Shown: positions 12,153 through 25,750 of the stretch, one piece after another
Numbering within the stretch: position 1 is the first letter of the stretch
Layout of the letters: every line of letters starts with the position of its first letter
NCBI RefSeq assembly: GCF_963921235.1
Contig: NC_086108.1
Coordinates: 85,128,001-85,192,000, forward strand
DNA: 64,000 nucleotides
Source: Mobula hypostoma
Taxonomy: Eukaryota
Reading direction: 5' to 3'
Made by a program: the position numbers and the translations under genes
The notes under the pieces: model-generated
Told to the model about the DNA's origin: nothing
Seen by the model: only the letters and a program-made list of their open reading frames with translations
The model's database searches: none

Positions 12153-12994
12153 CAGCAAATCCCTCTTTTCTGACCCACAGGTCAGCAATAAATGTTTCAC
12201 TTTCGAATTGTTCATAGTTCTGTCCTACTTGGAGTTGTAATCAGGGAAGAATATTATAAAATACAAAAGACAGTTTTGCAACATGCTGAATTGCTAGTTT
12301 ACTGCCATCATGTATAAGTGGAAAGCAGCCAAACGTGAGTTTCTTGTTATTCCAGCGTATTTGAAATTGATATATTAAACTTTCTATGGTTTACAGCCAT
12401 AGCCAGCATGAAAACTACTGATTGAGCAGTAAGCATCTCTAGGAGTGATTAAAAAGATGTTTGAACAGCATGTGGCCACATTCATGTAGACTGTGGGAAG
12501 TAATCATATCCAATATTTTTGGAATGATCAATGTAACTTTCAAGCAAAGCAAAATGTATAAAATTAACCTGTTTGACACATAAGCTGGACCAAACTGTTG
12601 TTTATGATCACCGATGTTCTAAGATGGGGATTTTTAATATATATATATCATGAATCAGTTATGATAAAACTGGATATGGATGCAGGGTCAAATCTTGCAA
12701 GAACTTGAGTGCCTTGAGAATCCAGCACCATTCCTCTTATACCTGTGCAAATCAGCTTTGGGTGGTGGTTTTGGATCTGGGATGAGGATTAAAACAATGA
12801 GCCTCAGAAGCACCTTTGCTACGATGAGGCAGAGTAAAAGGAGCTTGCTATTCTACATCACCACAGGAGAGAGATGCAGTTTACAAGAGGACACAACTGA
12901 TATGCAAGTGGTGGATAATCTTCTTGCCACATTGTGTATCATATAGTGTGAGATATAGTGTGTAACATCAGCTAGTGCTATATATTGGCTGACT

Positions 12995-13605
12995 GCAGGA
13001 TATAACAGCGAGGATGCAATGACGATGCTTTATTGAAATGGTCAGACTACATTTGGAGTATTATAAGAGCTTTGGGTCCCATTTCTAAGAAAGGATATGC
13101 TTGTATTGGAGAGTGTCCAGAGGAGGTTTATGAGAAAAATCCTGGGAAAGAAAGGGTTAACTTATGTGGACTGTTTGATGCTCCGGGCCTGTACTCACTG
13201 GAAGTTTCGAAAAATGAAAGGGGATCTCATTGAAATATTGAAAGGCCTAGATAGAGTGAATGTGGAGAGGATGATTCAAATAGTCAGAGAGCCTAGGTTC
13301 GGAGGGCACAGCCTCAGAATAAAAGGACATCTCTTTAGAATGGAGATGAGGAGAAGTTTCTTTAGCCAGAGGGTGGTGAATATGTGGAATTTATTGCCAC
13401 AGGTGGCCGTGGAGGCCAATTCATTGGGTATATTTAAAGCAGAGGTTGATAGGTTCTTGATGAGTAAGGACATCAAAGATTACAGGGAGAAGGCAGGAGA
13501 ATGGAGACGAAAGGGATAGTAAAATAGAATGGTGGAGCAGAGCAGACTCGATGGGCCAAATTGTCTAATTCTGCTCCTATGATTTATGGTCTTATGGTCT
13601 TATGA
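12995..13605 (+). mobile_element. CR1 3' fragment
   Basis: LESVQRRF..GDLIE..FFSQRVVNMWN; (TATGGTCT)n tail. Confidence 0.9.
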
Positions 13606-13794
13606 TCTCACTTTATGGAGAACAATAATACAGATCATTGACCTCTGATCCTACCACAGCTACGGAATTATTAGTGGGTTCTTGAGGTTGACAGCTCATA
13701 GATCAATAAAACATGTAATGATTGACTTATTTCCGCTTTTGTGATTGTGCCAATCAGAATGAGTGGAAACTTGGGCATGTGGCCCAAGGAGTTT

Positions 13795-14247
13795 CAATAG
13801 ACAATAGACAATAGACAATAGGTGCAGGAGTAGGCCATTCGGCCCTTCGAGCCAGCACTGCCATTCACTGTGATCACGGCTGATCATCCACAATCAGTAC
13901 CCCGTTCCTGTCTTCTCCCCATATCCCTTGACTCCGCTATCTTTAAGAGCCCTATCTAACTCTTTCTTGAAAGAATCCAGAGAATTGGCCTCCACTGCCT
14001 TCTGAGGCAGAGCATTCCACAGATCCACAACCATCTGTGTGAAAAAGTTTTTCCTCAACTCCGTTCTAAATGGTCTACCCCTTATTCTTAAACTGTGGCC
14101 TCTGGTTCTGGACTCCCCCAACATCGGGAACATGTTTCCTGCCTCTAGCGCGTCCAATCCCTTAATAATCTTATATGTTTCAATCAGATCCCCTCTCATC
14201 CTTCTAAATTCCAGTGTATACAAGCCCAGTCGCTCCAATCTTTCAAC
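13795..14247 (-). mobile_element. Young CR1 3' fragment
   Basis: Open frame ERLGLYTLEFRRMRGDLIETYK to stop; (CTATTGT)n tail at 13795-13820. Confidence 0.92.
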
Positions 14248-14339
14248 GTGACACTCCCGCCATCCCTGGCATTTCCACAGGCACTTGACACCATGACTAC
14301 ATGAAAGTTGTAAGGCAGACCTGAATCAGCCAGGACCAA

Positions 14340-14900
14340 AAAAAAACAAACCCCTGGAGGAACTTAGCAAGTGAAGCAGTGGCTATGGAGGCAAATAGTT
14401 AGGTGACATTTTGAGATGAGACCTCAATCAGTACTGAGTGTGCATAGGGGAGATAGGAGATGAGGGGATGGCTGAGGCAGGGTTTAGCAAGTGATAAGTG
14501 GAGCCAAGTGAGGATGGAGATAATGGACTGATAGATCTTGGAGGGGGAGCAATGGAGATGGGAGACAGTGAGCAAATGGAGTTAGTTTGAGTGAGGGTGG
14601 ATTAGAGGCTGTAAAGTGATAAATTGAAAGTGCAGATGCTGGAATCTGGTCAGTATAGTGTAGAGTACAGTATAGTAGAGTACAGTATAGAGGGATGTTG
14701 GGCAGATGGAGTACCTGGGGGTTAGGAGGATCAGAAGCTGAGTGGATGAAAGGCAAATGGAACCAAGTGGGTGAGTGATATGAAATTGTATGAAGGTGAG
14801 GAGAAAGGAAACCACAAGGAGAGATAAAAGGAGCACATGGAATGTAAATGACCCAAAATTGGAAAACTCAATTTTCATACCATTTTCTTCTGACTCCACC
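14340..14900 (-). mobile_element. Old Penelope-like 3' fragment
   Basis: CTGGAGGAACTTAGCAAG..GCAG terminal motif; purine-rich UTR on plus strand. Confidence 0.6.
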
Positions 14901-15661
14901 TGGCTGAATCTGTCCATCTTCTCCCACGAGACCTTGTTCTACCTATCTCTGCCAGCTCATTGCCTCCCCCTACTTCCTCTCACTTCTTTATACCAGCTAT
15001 CTTCCAGCAGTATGCTTTTGGGGTGTGGGAGGAAATATGAGCTCTTGGGAGGAGCCATAGGATCACACTCAGAAGATGCAAATTCCACACAGATAGATGG
15101 AAGATCAGGACCGTACCTGGGTTGCTGAAACTGTGATGTAGTGGATTCACTGGCTGATCCACTGTGCCTCCCTACATCTGCTACCGAAATATACAGGCTG
15201 AGCAAGCGTGAGGCTGGAACCTAAAGGCACAACAAGACACAGAGCAGAAAGACTTCTGAGCCAATTCCAAAGAAGGAAGAGGATGGGGGATGTGTAAATG
15301 CCACAAACGCAAAGCAATACTCTAAGTACTCGAGTATGCTTCACAGAGTCTCCTGATTGCTGAATATAAACTCAGGTACCTTCACGTCATTGCTAGACAA
15401 GAGAACTCTCATTTCTCCTTTAAGAATAGTTTACAAATTATTTCTTTGACTAAGCCACTGTTCATCTGTCCTGAGCAATTTGGAGCATTTTATTATGCTG
15501 GAGTTGTGATACAAGTGCAAGCCTTTGTTATCGTTGGAACTCTAAAGGGAGATTAAAGTGATTACCTTTATCTGTACAGTGAAGTGCGTCCTTTGCGTGA
15601 ACGACCAACCCAGTTGGAGGATGTGCTGAGGGCAGCCTGCAAGTGTTGCCATGCTCATAGA

Positions 15662-15915
15662 GGGGTGGTACGGTGGCGTAGTGGTTAGCACAACACTTTA
15701 CAGTACCGGTGAGCTGGGTTCAATTTCCGCCGCTACCTGTACGTTCTCCCCGTGACCGCATGGGTTTCCTCTGGTGCTTCAGTTTCCTCCCACAGTCCCA
15801 AAGATGTACTGTCTGGTAGGTTAATTGCTCATTGTAATTTGCGCTGTGATTAAACTGAGGAATTAGTGGGCAGTTTGAAGGACTGGAAGGGCCTATTTCT
15901 TGCCGTATCTCAATA
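15662..15915 (+). repeat. tRNA-derived V-SINE (HE1-like)
   Basis: A box TGGCGTAGTGG, B box GGTTCAATTTC; core GGGTTTCCTCTGGTGCTTCAGTTTCCTCCCACAGTCCCAAAG. Confidence 0.85.
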
Positions 15916-15944
15916 GGATGGAATAGAATAGCATGTCCACATCT

Positions 15945-16100
15945 TACTAACCCGTTCTCTCGGAATGTGGGAGGAAACTGGAGCATCCCGAGGAAACCTA
16001 CGCAGGCATGAACAGAATGTGCAAACTCCTTACAGAGAGCGTCGAGAACGGAACCGTGTTTGCTGGCAATATAAAGCATTACGCTAGCCCATATGCCACA
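15945..16100 (-). repeat. V-SINE, inverted relative to the preceding copy
   Basis: GTGGGAGGAAACTGGAGCATCCCGAGGAAACC is the reverse complement of the V-SINE core. Confidence 0.8.
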
Positions 16101-16620
16101 AAGGAGGTGCTCAGAAACCTCACTTGTGTAATGCCTTTGAATTCATGAACATATTGATAGCAGCCTGATTCTTCAACTGAGAATTAATTAATAAAGAAAT
16201 AAATTTACACTTTAACTTTTTGCTCCTGCCAAGATAACAATGTGACTAATAACCGCGGACTATATCACAAACTGTATATCACTTTAAGTAGGATTATTCA
16301 TATAATTTGCATGTGATACAATCTCCTGTTTGTTAAATTATGGTACTGTGAACAAGCCTACACCAGCGATGATGTCCTAATTTTTCTGAATTTACAGCCC
16401 AAACATGGATATAACAAATTCAAATTAAATAAAGAGTAAATGGGGCAAATCAAATTAGCATGGAAACTGAAATGCTTTTCACAGCTTGACAGAAAGCTCT
16501 GCAACTGAATATATAGTATTCATACATGAATATGCAATATTCATACGTGAAAACATAGTAAATAGATTTAATACTGTATTACTATCTTCATACTCATTGT
16601 TCAAACTGAATAAAGTACAA

Positions 16621-17171
16621 ATAGAACCATAGAACCATAGAAACTACAGCACAGAAACAGGCCCTTTGGCCCTTCTTGGCTGTGCCGAACCATTTTCTGC
16701 TTAGTTCCACTGACCTGCACACGGACCATATCCCTCCATACACCTCCCATCCATGTATCTGTCCAATTTATTCTTAAATGTTAAAAAAGAACCCGCATTT
16801 ACCACCTCGTCTGGCAGCTCATTCCATACTCCCACCACTCTCTGTGTGAAGAAGCCCCCCCTAATGTTCCCTTTAAACTTTTCCCCCCTCACCCTTAACC
16901 CACGTCCTCTGGTTTTTTTCTCCCCTTGCCTCAGTGGAAAAAGCCTGCTTGCATTCACTCTATCTATACCCATCCTAATTTTATATACCTCTACCAAATC
17001 TCCCCTCATTCTTCTACGCTCCAGGGAATAAAGTCCTAACCTATTCAACCTTTCTCTGTAACTGAGTTTCTCAAGTCCTGGCAACATCCTTGTAAACCTT
17101 CTCTGCACTCTTTCAACCTTATTTATATCCTTCCTGTAATTTGGTGACCAAAACTGAACACAATACTCCAG
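16621..17171 (-). mobile_element. Young CR1 3' fragment
   Basis: Open 135-aa frame QRRFTRMLPGL..FFTQRVVGVWN; (TTCTATGG)n tail. Confidence 0.92.
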
Positions 17172-19169
17172 TACGAGTGTCGGATCACAGCATTTTACAC
17201 TGAAGTATAAAACTTTGTTTCTGACTGTTCAAGCATGCAAGTCAGAAAGAAATGGGGAAGACACTAAACAGTAATTACAATCCATTCTGGCATATCCAAA
17301 TCTTTCTTCTGTGTCCCGACTCATCTTTCTGCTTCCCATTTTCAATTGTAATATCATACTGTTTAAGTACTGATTCTTTCTCTACCACCTAACAACATTA
17401 CCTTAGCACTCCCCATTGCCTGTTCTTCCAGATGCTCTCGATCCAGTGTACCATCATTAACATTCTACAACTGCACGGTGTTCATTACTTGAAGCAGCCA
17501 TATCTCATTCACTTGTGTACTTTCAGGCTGCTTCTGCATAAAAAGTGCTGTCAGAAAACTCTAAAAAGATATAATTATCCTAATGTCTTCAAATAGACTT
17601 CAGCATCACGCAACCTGAGATTACGAACAAGAAATACAACATGATTCATTGGTTTGTGAACAAAACATCAACATTTATCCATCAGTTAAGCATCCAATAT
17701 AATTTAGCTTACACCTTTGTAATCACATTTTCACAGATGCACAAGTTTCTGCATATGCATTCATGTTTATTCACTTATTAGGTCAAAAGTAACAGTTATT
17801 CATTCTCAATTTTCCACATTTACTTTTAGAGTATTCTGAGACTAAGACAAAACAATCCCTGCAGGTTAAATTTTGTAAGTCAAAAATGTCCCAGAAATAG
17901 TTTTATATCCAGCAAAGTGGGACATGTGTTAAGATGGATAAATTATTCTCTTTAAGACAAAGTATCAGCAATCAATGCCACACTTGATTCGAAATCAGTG
18001 CATAGGCCACTGGATGTATAACTAGTTACTACCCACTTCCACAGACTCATACAATGAATAAAATTTTCACGGAAACTCTGTTTAAAATGGGAGAAAGCAT
18101 GAAATTAAGAAAAGGCTATTTGTTTTTGTCAAGTCGATTCTATTCACAACCCAAATACAATCCACTCTAGCATGGGTCTTATTCAAGCATTTAATTTCCT
18201 GAGGGAAGGTTCTGCACAGAATCTCAAAATGTAAATCAAATTTCAGAGTATCTACTAAATCTTATATCCTACGTTATACATCCTGATTCGTTACTTTTCT
18301 TTGTGTGGCATTTCTGTGCTTCAAGCAACTAAATAACCTTAATATTGCACAAATTATTTGATCATCCCATTATGTGCTTATCCTTGGAATCTTCAGTTGC
18401 ATTTGTAACAAGAAATTCATCCAACCTATTTTATGCTTGTTGCTTGACACATCATTACATGCTGCAGTGAAAAGTTTATGCCACATATTCACAATTCTTT
18501 AAGAATAATAGGAAAGATAAGTAAGAAGTACAATATTATTTAAAAAGAAACAGAGCACAGAGGTTAATGAAATAAATTCCTGTAAAATGATGAAAAACAA
18601 CAATTAAAACAAAACGTGAAACTATAAGCAATAACCAGATGCAGTACAAACATGGATGCAGAAAGAGATGTTTGATAATTAAGTGTTATTGAGTATGATG
18701 AATTTAGAAAGGACTAAGAGAAAATAGGGAGAGAAGAGGAGTCTTGGCATTTTGTTTAATTAGTTGATGCAGCGGCAGTAAAGACTGGACATGATGTTGA
18801 CAGAAGCAGAAAGTCTTTGAATGAAGAGAGGAATGCAAGAATAGGGTAGGTTGTTCAGTTGTTTTGTTTTAGCTTGTTCTGCCATTCAACGAGATTCAGT
18901 ATGTATGTGGGGGGGGGGGGGCGGTTTGGAAAGTAGCCTGAAGAGAGCAGAGGTCCTGTGAGGTTGTCAGAACCATTATGTGATTCGTGGATCAGGGAAG
19001 TCATAGTATGGGCTAGTGAAAAAGATTGCTCTTCAGGTTGCTTTGGTTTTCGGGCAGGGTGCAGAGTGGGTGGTTGCTTGGCTGAACGGAACATGAAGGG
19101 TTCAGTGTCTGGGCCAATGGACTATGAGAACCTCAAGAACAAAATAACAGGACCAGAAGCAGGCCATTT

Positions 19170-19505
19170 GTTCCTTAAACCAAAGTTCAAAGTACATGTA
19201 ATATCAAAGCACATATATGTCACCATTTGCAACCCTGAGGTTAATTTTCTTGTGGACATACTCAATAAATCCATAGTAGAATAACAACCATAATATAATC
19301 AATGAAAGAGCAAACCAACCTGGGCATTCAATCAGTGTGCAAAAGACAACAAACTGCAAGTACAAAAATAAAGAAATTATAATAATAAATATTGAGAGCA
19401 TGAGATGAAGAGTCCTCGAAAGTGACTTCCTAGATTGTGGGAACATTTCAGTGATGGGGCAAGTGAAGTTGAGTGAAGTTATCCCCCTTGGTTCAAGAAC
19501 CTGAT
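19170..19505 (-). mobile_element. Rex1 3' UTR
   Basis: Reverse complement of the 2530-2836 type tail. Confidence 0.75.
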
Positions 19506-19519
19506 TAGTTTTTCTGTAA

Positions 19520-19840
19520 ATAATAACTAATAATCAGCTTTACCATTCATTTGCTATCCCCACATCTCTTGATTTCAATAATCTATTGATATCCAGAAAT
19601 CTATTGATCTCAGTCTGAATGAAATCAATGCTCACTGGAGTAGAGCTTTCTAAAGATTCACCTCCCTTTGAGCGAGAAACTTTCAGTCCAGTATGGTCTA
19701 TTCCTTGAATTAAATGTGACACCATAATTCCATACTCCTAAACTGGGGAAATATTCTCCTCATATCTTCCCTGTTGAGGCCTCTATGTATTGTTTCAGCG
19801 ATGTGACCTGTCATTCTTCTAGTATCCACAGATTAAATAT
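19520..19840 (-). mobile_element. Old CR1 3' fragment
   Basis: QTEINRFLDI-like C-terminus on minus strand. Confidence 0.55.
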
Positions 19841-19869
19841 ATGGCCTTGGCATATGGCAGTCCCAATAT

Positions 19870-20700
19870 ACCAAGCCGACAAAAAGAGGTGGATAAAGCC
19901 CAGTCCATCACAGGAGAAAATCCTCCCCACTATTGAGTACATCTACGAGTATTGCCATAAGAAACCAGCATCCACCATCAAGGATCCCTACCGACCAGGC
20001 CATGCTCTCTTCTCACTGCTGAGCTACAGGAGCCTTAGGTCCCACACCACCAGGTTTAAGAGCTGCTGGTGCCCTTCAACCATCAGGCTTCTGAACCAGC
20101 ATGGCTAACTTCGCTCACCTCAACACTGAACTCATGTTCTTCATTATTATTTGTTTGTTTGTTTGTTCGTTTAGTTATTTACTTATTTATTTTTGCATTT
20201 GCACTGTTTGTCCTCTTTTGCACATTGCTTCCTTGTCAGCCTTCAAAGTTCAAAGTAAATTTGTTATCGAAGTACATATATGTCACCATATACTACCCTG
20301 ATATTCATTTTCTTATGGGCATTCATAGTAAATGCAAAGGGACACAATAGATTCAATGAAAAAATGGATAAACAACCAGTGTGCAACAGAAAACAAACTA
20401 TTTAAATACAAAACAAAAAAATGAATAAGCAATAAATATTGAGAATATAAATTGAAGAGTCCTTGAAAATGAGTCCACAGGTTGTTGGAATAGTTCATTG
20501 TTGGGGTGAGTGAAGTTGAGTGAAGTTATCCCCTCTGGTTCAAGATCCCGATGGTTGAGGGATATTAACTCATCCTGAGCCTGCAATTCCTTTCTGAAGG
20601 CACCAGCAAGAAGTGAGCGTGGCCTGGATTGTGGAGGTCCTTGACTATGGATGCTGCTTTCCTGTGATGTGCTCATTGGTGGAGGGTTTTACCTCTGATG
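19870..20700. mobile_element. Two Rex1 3' ends tail-to-tail (plus 19870-20240, minus 20242-20700)
   Basis: IKDPYRPGHALFSLL.YRSLRSHTTRFKS on plus; TTCAAAGTTCAAAGTAAATTT tail start on minus. Confidence 0.8.
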
Positions 20701-20704
20701 GATT

Positions 20705-22725
20705 GGAACTGAGAAATCAGAATGGTATGACCACATTAATGGCGCTATATTACAGATCACCCAACAGTCCTAGGGATTAACGGAACAAATTTGCAGAGGG
20801 ATTGCAGACTGTTGCAAGAAACATAGGGTTGTTACAGTAGGTGATTTTAACTTTTATTGACTGGGAATCCCAGACTGCAAAATGTGTTCAGGACAGTTTC
20901 CTTTATCAGTGTGTAGAAGTCCAAATGAAAGAGCATGCAATACTGGATCTACTATACGGAATGAGACAGGGCAGGTGTCAGATTTTTGCGTAGGGGAACG
21001 CTTTGCATAGTGAACACAATGCCATTAGTTTCAAAGTAAATTTGCAAAAAGATAGATCTGGTCTGTGGGTTTAGATTCTAAATTGGAAAAAGGTCAATTT
21101 TGATGGCATCAGTTAATGAGCTGGCAAGTATGGATTGAGACAGGATGTTTTCTGGCAAAGGTGTACTTGATAAGTGAAATCGTCCTCTGGAAGATCAGAA
21201 ATGTAGTCCATGTGTGGAACCAAAGCAGATGGGAGAGATCTTATATACATTGTTTGCATCTGTATTTTCTTGGGGGATGGACACAGAGTCCATAGAAGTG
21301 AGGCAAAACAGTATCATCTTCATCGACCCTGTGCAGTTTATGGAAAAGGAGGCGTTTGCTACCCTGAGGTAAATCAAGGTAGATAAATCCCCAGGGCCTG
21401 GAAAGATGTTCCCTTGGACCCTATGGGAAGCAAGTGCAGAAATTGCCAGGGCCCTTAGTGATAGGAGAGGTAACAGAGGAGTAGAGGATAGACAATGTTA
21501 TTGCACTGTTTAAAAAAGGCTCTAAACATAAACCAAGAAATTATAGGCTGGTGAGCCTGACATCGGTTGTGGGAAAGTTACTGTAAGGTATCCTAAGAGA
21601 CCGGATATATAAGTACTTGGATAGACATGGATTGATTAAGAATAGTCAGTGTGGCTTTGTGTGTGATAGGTCATGTCTAACCAATCTTATAGAGTTTTTT
21701 GAGGAAGTTACCAGGAAAGTGGATGCAAGGATGGCTTTAGCAAGGCAATTTGACAAGATTCTGCATGGGAGGTAGGGCAAGAACGTTCAGTCACTTGGCA
21801 TTCAAGATGAGGCAGCAAATTGGATTACACATTGATTTTGTGGGAGTAAATGGTTGCTTCTCTGACTGGAGGTCTGTGACTAGTGGTTGCCACAGAGATT
21901 GGTGCTGGGTCCTTTGTTGTTTGTCATCTATATCATTGATATTGGATGATAATGTGGTTAACTAGATCAGCAAATTTGCAGATGACATCAGGGTTGACAG
22001 TGTAGCGGACAGTGAAGAAGTCTATCATGGTTTGCAGAGGGATCTGCGTCAGCTGGAAAAATGGGCTGGAAAACGGCAGGTGAAGTTTAAGGCAGACAAG
22101 TGCAAGGTACAGGTAGATAGGATCGTAAAGAATACTTTTGGCGCAATGGGCTTCATAAATAAACCTACTGAGTACAGGAGATGGGATATTATGTTGAAGT
22201 TGTATAAGAGGTTGGTGAGGTCTAATTTGGAGTATTGTGTGCAGTTTTAGTCACCTACCTACAGGAAAAATGCAAGCAAGGTTGAAAGAGGACCTGAGTT
22301 ATAAGGAAAGATTGTATAGGTTAGGACTGTATTTCTTAGAACATAGAAGATTGAGAGGAGATTTAACAGAGGTATACAAAATTATGAGTCGTATAAACAG
22401 GCTCGTTCCACTGAGGTTGGGTGAGACAGCAATTAGAGCTCATGGGTGAAGGGCGTAAGGTGAAATGTTTAAGAGGAACATGAAGTGAAACTTCTTCACT
22501 CAGAGGGTCGTGAGAGTGTGGAATGAGCTGCCAGCACAAGTGGTGCATACCAGATTGATTTCAACATTTAAGGGAAGTTTGGATAGGTATATGAATGGTA
22601 GGGGTATGGAGGCCTATGATCTCAGTGCAGGTCGATGGGAGTAGGCAACTTAAATGGTTTTGGCATGAACTAGATGGGCCGAAGGGTCTGTTTCTGTGCT
22701 GTACTTCTTTATGCCTCTATGATCC
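20705..22725 (+). mobile_element. CR1 ORF2 (endonuclease to 3' end) with multiple deletions
   Basis: YYRSPNS, VGDFNF, NYRLVSLTSVVGK, RSCLTNLIEFFEEV, KFADDI, LVRSNLEYCVQF. Confidence 0.9.
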
Positions 22726-23085
22726 TGCATGCTGAATCTTCGCAAACTCCTAAGAAAGCAGAGGTGTTACCGTGCTTTCTTTGTAATGGCACTTACGTGC
22801 TATACCCAAGACAGATCTCAGAAATGATAACACTTCAGATCCTCCAAAGAGGACTGGCTCATGGACATCTGGTTTCCTTCTCCTCAACTGAATAGTTAGC
22901 TCCTTGGTCTTTCTGTCATTGAGTGAAAGGTTATTGCTGGAGCACCACTCAGCCAGGCTTTTATTCACTCTCCTATATGCTGATTGTCACCACCTTTGAT
23001 TCAGCCAATGGCAGCGGTATTATTAGCAAACTTAAATATGGCATTGGAGCTGTGCTCAGCCTCAGAGTCATAAGTATAAAGCTTA
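22726..23085 (-). mobile_element. Rex1 RT fragment
   Basis: LAEWCSSNNLSLNDRKTKEL. Confidence 0.8.
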
Positions 23086-23142
23086 GTCCCCAGTGAGGTT
23101 AAAGACGCAGTGTTTGTATGCAGCTTCTTTTGATTGATTCTA

Positions 23143-24655
23143 CAGGTGTCCCTGCTTTTCGAATGTTCACTTTACGAAATCTCACTGTTACGAAAGACCT
23201 ACATTAGTACCACGTTTTTGCTAACAGAAGGTGTTTTCACTGTTACAAAAAAAGCAGCGCAGGAAAAAAATCAGCATGTGCCCCGAGCAGCCACTCTCCC
23301 CCAGATTCGGAATGGCATTCTCGCCAGCATTGCTTAAACATGTGCCTGTGAGCAGCTGTTTGCAAGATGAGTCCTATGGGATCGGAAAAGCCTGAAAGAG
23401 CTCGTAAGGGTGTTACACTTAGCGTAAAACTAGACATAATGAAGCGTTTTGATCAGGGTGAACGAAGTAAGGACTGAGTGAGTTTGGTTTCTGGAAGCTG
23501 ACAAAGATGATGTCGAAGAGGTTTTGGCATCCCATGACCAAGAACTGATAGATGAAGAGCTGATGCAATTGGGAGAAGAAAGGATAGCAATCAAAACCGA
23601 ATGAGTAATGATAAAGTACGACTTTAATTTTGAAAGGGTATGCCAGTTTAGGGGATACTTGCAGGATGGTTTGAGTGCTTACAAAGAACTGTATGATAGA
23701 GAAATGTGCGAGGCTCAGCAGTCAAGCAAGCCTTCCACATCAGCCACAGCAGACGACGAACCTCGACCTTCGACATCGAGGCGGGCAGAGATAGAAGATG
23801 AACCGCCTGCTCTAATGGAAATAGACGACGAGATGACACCCCAGTGTCCCACCAACCCAACACCCAGGCCACAGACAGATACCGATTCGCAGAGAATGCA
23901 GCAGTAGCCGGGAGGCACACAGCACATCTTTAAGAAAAAAGCCAAAATAAACATGCTAATTAATTAGGTGCCGCCCGACACGTAATTGTCGGCCCAGATC
24001 AGAGGCGATGCAATCAGCAATCGGCACTGATCTGGGTCGATAATTACATGCCGGGCGGCACCTAATTAATTAGCATGTTCATTTCAGCTTTTTTCTTAAA
24101 GATGTGCTGTGTGCCTCCCGGCTACCGCTGCATGCTTCGCGGATCGGTATCGGTTCGCAGCCTGGAGGGTGGGGGCCACTGCACCACCCAAACCTCTGAC
24201 GACTCAGCCTAACACACCATCATCAGTGTGCTCGGCGTTGTCCCGATTCCGGTAAGTGATACTACACTGTACATACATTATTTCTACTTTATATCGGCTG
24301 TGTATTTTTACGTGTTATTTGGTATGATTTGGCAGCTTCATAGCTTAAAGGTTACGGGAGAGCACTTGCGTGAGATTTTCGCTATGGAGAACAGTTCAGG
24401 CAATGATTGTGGAAAAGTATTTCTACTTTATATAAGCCGTGTATTTATCATATCATTCCTGCTTTTACTATATCTTAATGTTGTTTTAGGTTTTATGTGT
24501 TATTTGGCATGATTTGGTAGGTTATTTTTGGGTCTGTGAACGCTCACAAAATTTTCCCATATAAATAAATGGTAATTGCTTCTTCGCTTTACAACATTCC
24601 GGCTTACAAACCGTTTCATAGGAATGCTCTACTTTTGGATAGCGGGGGAAACCTG
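23143..24655 (+). mobile_element. Tigger/pogo DNA transposon, non-autonomous deletion derivative, inserted in a Rex1 3' UTR
   Basis: TA|CAGGTGTCCCTGC...GCGGGGGAAACCTG|TA; 23368 MSPMGSEKPERARKGVTLSVKLDIMKRFDQGE (CENP-B/psq HTH) followed directly by acidic C-terminal DDVEEVLASHDQELIDEELMQL; DDE core absent. Confidence 0.88.
23842..24181. mobile_element. ~340-bp fold-back (palindromic) hAT-type MITE inside Tigger
   Basis: CAGTG...CACTG ends; arms ~23877-24008 and 24020-24151 are near reverse complements. Confidence 0.85.
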
Positions 24656-24741
24656 TATTGTATTTTTTTCATTATATTGTGAATGCCTACAAGAAATATG
24701 TACATATGTACTTTGATGACAAATTTACTTTGAACTTAGAA

Positions 24742-25750
24742 GAGCTGGTCTGGTGAGCCTTCATATCAATCCTTCTATAGCAAGTACATTCCTCTTTATG
24801 AAAGTAGATCAAAACGGTGTACAGTTTTCCAAGTCTGGTCTCTCTTCTACTCATGTTATTCCCTTGCACTAAAGGCCAACATATCATTTTACTTCTCATG
24901 ACTTGCTATAACTGCCAATTAGTTTTCAATAACTTTTGTACAAGGTAATTTACGTCCCTTTGAACACAAGTATTTCCCATCCTCTCGCAATTTATAATAA
25001 AATTACTTTTTATTTTGGATTATTTTTCTCTAAAGGGAAACAGTACATTTTTGGACATTGTACTTCATTTGCCATGTCCTTGCCTATTGACTTATCTTCT
25101 CCAAATCCCCTTGAAACCTGTTTGCATCCTCATCATTTTCACATTGGAAACATTGGAAAATTTACTATTGGTCTGTCTGGTGCATGCATCTTCATTACCA
25201 GACTGCTAATTACTGGGGCCCAAGCATCAATCGATTTGTAATGGCACTTATGTGCTGGACCCAGGACAGATCTCAGAAATGATAACACCTCATGGACCTC
25301 TGGTTTCCATGAGTTACCGAATGCTAAATCCTGGTTTTCTGTTTGTTAACTGGCTTTCAATCCACTCCCCAGTTCCATGTGCTTGAACTTCACAAGCCTT
25401 CTGTATGAAAAACCATCTGAAAGTCCATTGGGCCATCTCAAAGATCTTCAATTGATTAATCAAACATGATTTCCCTTTTATGAATCCATGTTGACTCTTC
25501 CTAATCATACAATTATTTATTAAGTGCCTGGATATTACTTTATTTGTTATATGCTCCAAGATACTGATGTGATGCTAACAAGTCAGTAGCTCCCTCTTTT
25601 CTTTAACAGTGGAGTCACATTTGCTATTCTTCAATCTGCAGGAACAATTACAGAATCTCTAAAGCTTCTGAAGATGAAAACCAGAGTTTCTGCTCTTTAT
25701 ACCTCTTTCAAAATACTGGGTTGAGGACCATCAGTTTCTTTGGATTAGAT
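24742..25750 (-). mobile_element. Old CR1 RT fragments
   Basis: MIRKSQHGFIKGKSCLINQL on minus strand. Confidence 0.75.

Noticed and set aside
12680..12946. 88-aa ORF in non-repeat DNA as a host exon
   Set aside because: No recognisable domain and no convincing splice-site pair.
15662..15735. tRNA gene
   Set aside because: It is the tRNA-derived head of a V-SINE, with no full cloverleaf.
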